64,000 nt of DNA from Candidatus Latescibacterota bacterium. GTDB lineage: Bacteria > Latescibacterota > UBA2968 > GCA-2709665. Under the pieces are notes generated by a model. That model did not search any database and was not told the DNA's origin. It worked only from the letters and a program-made list of their open reading frames with translations. Both the position numbers and the translations under genes were made by a program. The stretch spans positions 4,160,001-4,224,000 of the forward strand of contig OZ242180.1 in NCBI GenBank assembly GCA_965205485.1, read 5' to 3'. Numbering within the stretch: position 1 is the first letter of the stretch; every line of letters starts with the position of its first letter. Of this stretch, positions 58,101 through 64,000 are shown piece after piece.

Positions 58101-58426
58101 ACGAAATGATTTCGCTCTCAACACAAAATCAGGAAGTCCCCGATACTCATGCCGAATCGCCGGGCGCTTCACCGCCGGCGGACCCCGCACCGAAAGCCAA
58201 TCCGGCGTCCAACGGCGCGTCGGGTGTGGGTTCACAACAATCGGCGTCCAACGGATCGTCGTCCCAAATGGAAGCGCACGCGCATCCCCAAACGGTGGTT
58301 CTGGACGGTCAGCTCTCGCAGATGATGGGAGACGCTCCATTTTGCGATACCTGCGGTCATATTACCGTACGTAACGGCTCGTGCTATCGCTGCCTGAATT
58401 GCGGGAATTCCGTTGGCTGTTCATAG
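55166..58426 (+). CDS. nrdJ: Class II (adenosylcobalamin-dependent) ribonucleotide reductase
   Basis: FNSPVWFN, QCSAC, GGTTRRAAKM, SNPCSE, IAPTGTI, AISKTVN, YRDGSK, C-terminal TSCPD-like domain and CxxC/CxxC ribbon. Confidence 0.96.
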   Translation: MKLERRQTTPGRNPLDQVEYVKKTSVITNPDGSEVFRMDHAEVPAEWSQLATDIVVSKYFRKRGVPDTGHETSVRQVMHRVARTIRGAGEDQGGYFDSPEDADTFEAELAYHLVHQMGAFNSPVWFNCGLYHEYGIQGSGGNWHWDRECVSETEDSYSHPQCSACYIQSVQDDTMDIFELLKSEVRLFKYGSGTGTNFSRIRGKMEKLSGGGVSSGLMSFLEVLDRGAGAIKSGGTTRRAAKMVCLDMDHPEILDFINWKVREEKKVAALMAAGYSSDFNGEAYQTVSGQNSNNSVRVTDAFMQACKDDGEWHTRLRTTGEVHETHRARDLMRHIAEAAWACADPGMQYDTTINHWHTCAGTDRIYGSNPCSEFMFLDDTACNLASINLMKFLNEDGTFDIDGFRYACEIFFIAQEILVDFASYPTRKIARNSHDYRPLGLGYANLGTLLMVQGLPYDSEGARAICAAITAVMCGQAYATSARMAADKGPFPGFDKNRGPMLNVMNMHRDAAHNIDARACPRELLRAAQEDWDLAVELGEKYGYRNAQATVIAPTGTIGLLMDCDTTGIEPDFALVKFKKLAGGGYFKIVNHAVPKALERLGYSSDEISDILTYLSGRLSLKGAPHINVESLTARGFSPVDLAKAEGALPGVLELEFAFTPWILGDGLMGRLGFSSEQYSAPGFNLLAELGFTGSQIDEANEFICGRMTVEGAPHLKDEHLPIFDCANKCGKHGRRFIAPKAHLGMMSAAQKFICGAISKTVNVPNETTAEEIEDLYIKGWDLGLKAVAIYRDGSKLSQPLSTATKSDADTEAAEAEESPKQSADVGHVKSAPAPVTLASRPTRRRLPKKRSGFTQEARVANQKVFLRTGEYEDGTLGEIFIDMSKEGAPFRAMLDCFAIAVSKGLQHGVPLEEFVDRFTFTRFDPWGTVDHPNIKFATSVVDYIFRVLGYEYLGRTDFLQVKPEDIASDINDHHDLENEMISLSTQNQEVPDTHAESPGASPPADPAPKANPASNGASGVGSQQSASNGSSSQMEAHAHPQTVVLDGQLSQMMGDAPFCDTCGHITVRNGSCYRCLNCGNSVGCS

Positions 58427-58446
58427 CAATGCCGCGAGATAACATG

Positions 58447-58486
58447 CAGAAGGGCCGGACGAGTCGTCGTCCGGCCCTTCTGTTTC
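58447..58486. terminator. Hairpin terminator between convergent nrdJ and cytochrome genes
   Basis: Perfect 16-bp stem CAGAAGGGCCGGACGA-gtcg-TCGTCCGGCCCTTCTG. Confidence 0.8.
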
Positions 58487-58505
58487 CTGTACCTGTATGA
58501 ATCGT

Positions 58506-59105
58506 CTATTCACCGGTCGAACGCGGCAGGAATTCAGCCGCGCCCGCATGGCAGGTTGCGCAGGTGACCGGCGTCCCGTCCGATGTGACCAGCGATCCCT
58601 CGTAGTGGTCCATCATATACTTCGCCATCTGCTTATGCCTTGTGGGCTGTTCCGGCGCGAGGCGTCCGTCCTCCCGCCTGACGTGACAAAACTCGCAGTT
58701 TACCCCAAGCGCCGACTCAATCGCCTTCATCTTCCGGTAAATCTCCCTCCGGGGCATACGCTCGGACAGATTGGAGGGTTTGGCGTTGGTGAGGTCCCGC
58801 GGAATAAAACGGGCGTTGCCGCGGTGGCAGGACATGCAGTCCAGCGCCTTTCCGTCCGGTGTTCTCAGGCCGTCCACAAAATGAACCTTCATGTGGACGG
58901 CTGTCTGCTTAAACAACGAAGGCGCCTTGAAATCAGGTTTTCCATCCGGTCCGCGTACCGTGTGACAATGAGTACACCGTACCCCTAGTGACGCGGCAAT
59001 TCGTTTCATATTCTCTTCGCTCGTGTCCATCACGTGGTCCCGGTCGGCGTGCGCGCCTGCCGTCGCGACGCCCATTACGAGCAAAATCAGCAACAGTTTT
59101 GTCAT
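58506..59105 (-). CDS. Secreted tetraheme c-type cytochrome, PufC-like repeats
   Basis: GAGG RBS, signal peptide; CTHCH, CMSCH, CEFCH, CATCH; repeated MK.I...LGV.C..CH. Confidence 0.85.
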   Translation of the reverse strand: MTKLLLILLVMGVATAGAHADRDHVMDTSEENMKRIAASLGVRCTHCHTVRGPDGKPDFKAPSLFKQTAVHMKVHFVDGLRTPDGKALDCMSCHRGNARFIPRDLTNAKPSNLSERMPRREIYRKMKAIESALGVNCEFCHVRREDGRLAPEQPTRHKQMAKYMMDHYEGSLVTSDGTPVTCATCHAGAAEFLPRSTGE

Positions 59106-59206
59106 AACGCTACCTCGGAAGCCGTTTTAAATTTCCCATCGGACTTCGCTCGGCTGAAAACGGTCCACGTACACCCATGTATGCAATTACCGCATCCGCC
59201 TGAGAC

Positions 59207-60568
59207 TCAGTTCACACCGCCGGCAATTACGGACCGTCCGTCCACGCCAACGGGAACGTCCAGACCGACGGCGTCAAAAAGCGTTGGAAACACGTCGATC
59301 AGCCGGATCTGTTGCGGTAAGTCCGCTTTGCGATTGATGAAGAACATCGCGTCAGAAAACGTATGGGTGCCATTCACGGGGCCGCGATCCATCAATACCT
59401 CCTTATCGAAGCCGCCCTTCAGATCGTACCCCTCCGCTGGCATGGCAATCAGGTCCGGCGCCAGGTCGAAGGCATCGCCGGCATAGAGTTCCTCGCGTCT
59501 GAAGACCCTGTGGATCACCGGTTCACCCGTTGCCGGATTCCGGATCTGCATCAGACCGTCCGCGATGTCCCGTCTAAGCGCCTCGTATTCGGCGCCTGGC
59601 TCCACTCGCCCCCCGCGCTCACGACCCCTAAGGGAAAGATAGATGCGCCCGGGCAACAGCGAATAACATTGCGTTTCGGGCGCCAGGTCGCGAAGCCCGC
59701 TGGCCGTTCGACCGTGGAAACGCAGGAAACCGGCCTGGCGCAACCAGTAATTCAGATGCACTTCATACTTCAACTTGCAGAACCCATGGTCAGATACGAT
59801 CATCAGCAACACGTTTTCGTCAAGCCGGGACGCGACCTCACCAATGGCACGGTCAACCCGGGCATAAAACCTGTGGAACCAGGGCAGATACGACTCGCTG
59901 CCGTCCTCCGCCAGACCCCACAGAAAATGGTGCAACCTGTCCGTTTCCAGGACGTGGGCGACAAACAGCCCCCATGGCTCCCGGTCCAGGTAGTGAAACA
60001 TCGCGTCGAACCGCCGTTCCATGGCCTGGAAGACATCATCCAGAAACCGCTCCCGGTCCCTGCGGGCAAGCCACGCGTCGATGTCAATCCGATATCCCAT
60101 CGCAGACAGCTCGCTCGCCACCGCGGCGGGATAGGTCGCCCCGTTCAGGTCCGGCGCCAGGAATCCGGAAATGAGAATTCCGTTCACCGCCCCTGGCGGA
60201 TAGGTCGTGGGTACGCCCATGGAAAAGACGCGCCGGCCCATCCGGCTGAAAATCTCGGTCCAGGTTCTTGCCCGCATCGTTCTGGCCGTCGGAATGTACA
60301 TTTCATGGGTGTCCGGTACACGATCTATAAAGCCATAGATATTGTGCCTGCCCGGATTGCACCCGGTTACCATTGACGCCCATGCGACCGACGATACCGT
60401 TGGCAGGACCGACTCCATTCCCGCCAGGCTTCCGGTTTGCAACAGCGCCGAGAAGTTCGGCATCCGGCCTTCGGCGACAAACCGGTTCATCAGACTGCAG
60501 GGCGTGCCATCCAGCCCGATAATCACAGCCCGTGACGGCACGTCGCGAAGGCGGTTGAGCGGAATCAT
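59207..60568 (-). CDS. Alkaline phosphatase superfamily / type I phosphodiesterase
   Basis: IIGLDG, P.VSSVAW.S..TG.NPG.H, DRLHH, VSDHGF, G.H. Confidence 0.88.
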   Translation of the reverse strand: MIPLNRLRDVPSRAVIIGLDGTPCSLMNRFVAEGRMPNFSALLQTGSLAGMESVLPTVSSVAWASMVTGCNPGRHNIYGFIDRVPDTHEMYIPTARTMRARTWTEIFSRMGRRVFSMGVPTTYPPGAVNGILISGFLAPDLNGATYPAAVASELSAMGYRIDIDAWLARRDRERFLDDVFQAMERRFDAMFHYLDREPWGLFVAHVLETDRLHHFLWGLAEDGSESYLPWFHRFYARVDRAIGEVASRLDENVLLMIVSDHGFCKLKYEVHLNYWLRQAGFLRFHGRTASGLRDLAPETQCYSLLPGRIYLSLRGRERGGRVEPGAEYEALRRDIADGLMQIRNPATGEPVIHRVFRREELYAGDAFDLAPDLIAMPAEGYDLKGGFDKEVLMDRGPVNGTHTFSDAMFFINRKADLPQQIRLIDVFPTLFDAVGLDVPVGVDGRSVIAGGVN

Positions 60569-60646
60569 TTGAAATTACGGACGCTAAAAAAACCTCTGGC
60601 TCCCGAATCCACAGGGAACCAAAGGCGAGTGAAAGCGAAACGAAAA

Positions 60647-60724
60647 TGGGGTGAGTGAGGGGACTTGAACCCCCGACCTCCTGGGCCACAACCAGGCGCT
60701 CTAACCATCTGAGCTACACCCACC
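60647..60724 (-). tRNA. tRNA-His(GTG)
   Basis: Encoded G-1, CCTGG-TTGTGGC-CCAGG anticodon arm, GTTCAAGTC, CCA. Confidence 0.95.
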
Positions 60725-60740
60725 ACAAGCCTATGAAAAA

Positions 60741-60814
<74 letters not shown>

Positions 60815-60858
60815 CACAAGCCCCGCGCACGAAGCCGTCTGCTGGAAATCGGTGGATA

Positions 60859-60887
60859 AAGATAGCCGAATCTCCCGGTGGTGTCAA
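60859..60887 (-). promoter_or_regulatory. Promoter for tRNA-Arg/tRNA-His
   Basis: Minus strand TTGACA-17 nt-TATCTT. Confidence 0.65.
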
Positions 60888-60965
60888 GCAAAAACGGCGC
60901 AACCCATGGTTATGTAAAGAGCTGTAAATTTGAGCTCTATGTAGACACGTGAACGTAAATCCGTC

Positions 60966-60994
60966 TTGCTATCCGGACGCATGTAAGGTATATT
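60966..60994 (+). promoter_or_regulatory. Candidate promoter for the beta-barrel/beta-propeller operon
   Basis: TTGCTA-17 nt-TATATT; GAGGA RBS at 61044-61048. Confidence 0.5.
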
Positions 60995-61056
60995 TCAACC
61001 CGGAAAACCGGCACGGCCCCGGTGAGTTCATAACTTACGTATCGAGGAAACCCCGA

Positions 61057-62022
61057 ATGCGGACGTTCACTGCACTCTTGCTGTTCCTTCTGGCGGGATC
61101 AATTGCGACGCCTGCCGCCTATGCCCAGGGCGGTGTCAGCTGACGGCGCCCCGTGCTTCCGGGCGGAAGCCTGATGAAGAACAGTCTGGCTGTACAGGAT
61201 CAGTTGAAGTTCAGCGTACATTACGATTACGAATTCCTGTCCGACCCCCACTACGGGTCTCGCGCCATACCGAACGTCAATCGCGAGCGAACGGATAATG
61301 CCACAACCACCGTGTTCGCCGCCCTCGGCGTTACCGGGCACATCGGTGTTGCGCTCGCCGTACCCTTCCGGTCAGTTACCAACGAAAAGGTACTGTTGCG
61401 CGGACAGAACCCCAATCAGTATGAGGGCGGGAAGTATGTCAGGCATGCTTCCGGTCTCGGCGATATCGTGGTTATGTTGAATTACGCCGTACCCTTCGCG
61501 GCGGGCTTTCCCGGGATGCATTTCGGCATTGGTTTGAAGCTGGCAAACGGATCCGTCGATGCCAAAGACCATTACGGTGAGCGTTTTGCCGACAACCTGC
61601 AGATCGGGTCGGGAAGTGTGGACCCCATACTCGCGCTCAATATACTCCATCGCTTTGAAAGCCTGACGGTTTCTGCAAGCGTGTTTACGCGCATCACCTC
61701 AAGACAGAACATCTACGGCTACAAATACGGAAACGAACTGCACGCAAGCCTTTCCCTGGAGTACGAGAGCGAAGGCTGGCTGTACGGCGGAGTGAGCCTG
61801 AAAAACCTGATCACCTCGAGGGACCGTTATCAGTTCGGCCAGATAACCAGAGAACGCGGAGGTAAGTGGATGTATCTTTCGCCCGAATTGGGGTTCAACG
61901 TACTGGACAATCTGAGCGTTGAATTTCACCTTCCCGTTGTCGTATTCCAGAACGTGAACGAGAGCCAGCTGACGTCGGACTATCTGGTCGAGCTGAGCAC
62001 GTCATATGTATTCTCGCTCTAG
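61057..62022 (+). CDS. Outer-membrane beta-barrel channel (COG4313/MetA-pathway 'transporter'-like) with in-frame UGA at codon 29, putative selenoprotein
   Basis: ORF-track pieces 60949-61143 and 61153-62022 share one frame: MRTFTALLLFLLAGSIATPAAYA-QGGVS-[TGA]-RRPVLPGG...; barrel motifs SGLGD, GLKLANG, LQIGSGS.D, YKYGN, terminal SYVFSL. Confidence 0.75.
61155..61170 (+). promoter_or_regulatory. Candidate bacterial SECIS hairpin
   Basis: GCTTCC-GGGC-GGAAGC, stem starting after an 11-nt spacer from the UGA, loop begins with G. Confidence 0.55.
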
Positions 62023-62032
62023 GCGATCCGGC

Positions 62033-63109
62033 ATGCACCGAATTGGAAAGAAAAGCGGCCGGTTCATTTTTTTTGTCCTGTGGGCAACCCTTTTTGCGGC
62101 GGGCTGCTCGCTCTATCTTGACGATGAAGAGCCTGAGCAGTTCTACGAGATCGAAGATTTCGAAATCCTCGAACTCGGTGTGAATATCTCCGATATGGTC
62201 GTGGATCCGAACCAGCCATATCTTTATCTGGCCGATTACGGAAACAACCGGATACTCCGTATCCACCTTGGCAGACAGATGGCAGTAGACGGGAGCCTTC
62301 AGGTTGGTTCCCACCCCGTCGACCTCGACATCACGCCGGACCAGGGCCGTCTGGTGGTGGGTTTGAACGGCGAATCGAACCTCAAGGTCATCGACCTGAA
62401 TTCATTCGCCATTGTCAAGACGGTTCCTTATTCGCTGAATGACATTTCCCACATCGTCTGCGGAACCGACTCGATCGTATATGTTTCCTCTCTGGATGAA
62501 CCGCTGCTTATCGCCGTATCGATTGTGGATAAACTCGAAACGAGCGGGAATGTGCGCTCCGGCGCACTTCAGATGAACCACGGAAACCGAAAACTGTTTG
62601 TTGCCGCCAGGAACAACGTGCTGAAATACGACGCTTCAGGACAGTTTCCCTCTACCGAGACCACCTCCACCCGATTCAGTTTCTCAGCCAGGATCAACGA
62701 TTTCGTCATTGGCCCCCTCAACGAGCATCTATATCTGGGTCTGGAGGATCCGGAGGACCGCAGCCACGTTAAGGACCTCTGGTCGTTCAGCGCCGACGAC
62801 CTGACCCTGACGGGGAAATACGAAATCAAGTCGGCCGCACTGGGGCTCGCGCTGAGCCGCGACGGCCGCCGTTTGTTCGTTGCACCTACCGACGCCGATG
62901 AAGCAGGCGTCTTTATAGTTGAATTCGATACGCAGACCAAACTGGAGAAGAACTACTTCCTTGCGGCAGGAAACCTCAGAGAACGAGGCATCGCCATCGA
63001 CAACAACGATGAGTATCTGTATCTGGCGGTGTACACGCCTGGAGATGACGATACCTTCGAACCCTACAATATCGATTCCTACGACCTGCAGCGAATCAGG
63101 ATAGATTGA
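62033..63109 (+). CDS. YncE/YVTN-like beta-propeller lipoprotein
   Basis: FAAGC lipobox; repeats such as YLYLADYGNNRI, VGSHPVDLDITPD..RLVV, GLALSRDGRRLFV, GIAIDNNDEYLYLA. Confidence 0.8.
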   Translation: MHRIGKKSGRFIFFVLWATLFAAGCSLYLDDEEPEQFYEIEDFEILELGVNISDMVVDPNQPYLYLADYGNNRILRIHLGRQMAVDGSLQVGSHPVDLDITPDQGRLVVGLNGESNLKVIDLNSFAIVKTVPYSLNDISHIVCGTDSIVYVSSLDEPLLIAVSIVDKLETSGNVRSGALQMNHGNRKLFVAARNNVLKYDASGQFPSTETTSTRFSFSARINDFVIGPLNEHLYLGLEDPEDRSHVKDLWSFSADDLTLTGKYEIKSAALGLALSRDGRRLFVAPTDADEAGVFIVEFDTQTKLEKNYFLAAGNLRERGIAIDNNDEYLYLAVYTPGDDDTFEPYNIDSYDLQRIRID

Positions 63110-63120
63110 CAGGCTTATGC

Positions 63121-63140
63121 CGTTGCGCGCCGGCGCAACG
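63121..63140. terminator. Hairpin between convergent genes
   Basis: CGTTGCGC-gccg-GCGCAACG. Confidence 0.45.
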
Positions 63141-63175
63141 CTTTCGCGATGAATGTTTCGGAACGGTTCCCGCGA

Positions 63176-63904
63176 TCAGACGTCGCCCCCCTGAATTTCG
63201 CGAAAGTACCGGCACAGACGGGAGACGGGACACGCGCTGCAGGACGGATTCCTGGCGGTGCAGACTGTCTTCCCGAACTCAACCATGTTGATATGGAAAG
63301 ACCGGGCCTGGCCCTCCGGGATCAGAGGCGCGAGTTCCAGGTGTGCTCTTTCACGGCTGCATTTCGCTGAAACAACCCCCACCCGGCGAAGAACGCGATA
63401 TACATGGGTATCCACGGCGCACAGGTCGCGATCAAACGCAAAAGCAAGTACGATGTAGGCCGTCTTGATCCCGATGCCTCGATGTTCGGTCAACAGGGAT
63501 ACCGCGGTCTGAGTTGGCAGGTCCCGCAGGAAATCCAGGTTCAGGTTTCCGCGTTTTTTCTTCAGCCAACGCAGGAACGCCTGCATATTCGGGGCCTTTG
63601 AATTCACCAGTCCCGCCACCCTTATGGCGTCCTTCAGCTGTGCTTCGTCCGCGGCCATCACGTCGCCCCACTCCGGAAACCGCGCACGCATCCTGTCAAA
63701 AGCCCTGTCCCTGTTTTCGTCGTTCGTATTCTGGGACAGGATCGTCCGCATCAGTGCGTCGAGACCATCCGGCCGCGCGCGCTCAAGGTCCCATGAGGCT
63801 CCACCGAATGAACCGTCGAGTACGCCGGACATTTCAGCGATAACGGCGCCGCGTGTCTGAGGCAGCGGGCTTTCCCACCACGTCTCTATAGAACACATCG
63901 GCAT
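63176..63904 (-). CDS. nth: Endonuclease III family (HhH-GPD) DNA glycosylase with 4Fe-4S motif
   Basis: TILSQNT.D, GIGIKTA, AVDTHV.R, C-x6-C-x2-C-x5-C; start uncertain. Confidence 0.88.
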   Translation of the reverse strand: MPMCSIETWWESPLPQTRGAVIAEMSGVLDGSFGGASWDLERARPDGLDALMRTILSQNTNDENRDRAFDRMRARFPEWGDVMAADEAQLKDAIRVAGLVNSKAPNMQAFLRWLKKKRGNLNLDFLRDLPTQTAVSLLTEHRGIGIKTAYIVLAFAFDRDLCAVDTHVYRVLRRVGVVSAKCSRERAHLELAPLIPEGQARSFHINMVEFGKTVCTARNPSCSACPVSRLCRYFREIQGGDV

Positions 63905-64000
63905 CTTCTCCGAAATGCCAGGATCTTCACTAAGAAGCTACTTAGAAAATAACACGATAAACTGCGAAGAAACGAGACTACGAGAAACAAAAAGCGAAAC

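Noticed and set aside
58506..59105. Evidence of phototrophy
   Set aside because: No pufLM, puh or bch genes in the window, and the protein is much shorter than true PufC.
61141..61143. Genome-wide UGA reassignment as the explanation for the in-frame TGA
   Set aside because: Conserved genes here (aspS, nrdR, ybeY, rfbA) end at TGA at their expected C-termini and no other recognisable gene is interrupted.
61153..62022. Barrel gene starting at GTG 61153 as in the ORF track
   Set aside because: No RBS or signal peptide there, while an in-frame signal peptide with RBS lies just upstream.

Overview
GC-rich bacterial chromosomal window. The EF-hand/dockerin-tagged secreted enzymes, multiple hydantoinase/oxoprolinase pairs and TonB receptor suggest a diderm of the Latescibacterota/Gemmatimonadota neighbourhood (inference). 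1-26 kb is catabolic and accessory: GH88-like hydrolase, BNR-4 protein, lone rfbA, two hydantoinase A/B pairs, a minus-strand oxidoreductase run, two SDRs, tRNA-Gly and a 99-bp MITE. 26-42 kb holds a Cys-rich protein, a heterodimeric ABC exporter, an RNase HII-YraN fusion, hisS, aspS, a lipoprotein+LysM pair, phoH-7TM/HD-ybeY-CorC and initiator tRNA-Met. 42-54 kb is accessory: a secreted coiled-coil protein, TonB receptor, orphan MNT antitoxin, CreD-like protein and two tandem heparinase II/III-like paralogs. 54-64 kb holds nrdR-nrdJ with NrdR boxes, a PufC-like tetraheme cytochrome, a phosphodiesterase, tRNA-His/Arg and endonuclease III. Best novel candidate: an outer-membrane beta-barrel gene (61057-62022) whose signal peptide is joined to the barrel only through an in-frame UGA followed by a SECIS-like hairpin. 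This is a putative selenoprotein channel, followed closely by a beta-propeller lipoprotein gene. All calls come from motif recognition by eye; no searches were run.
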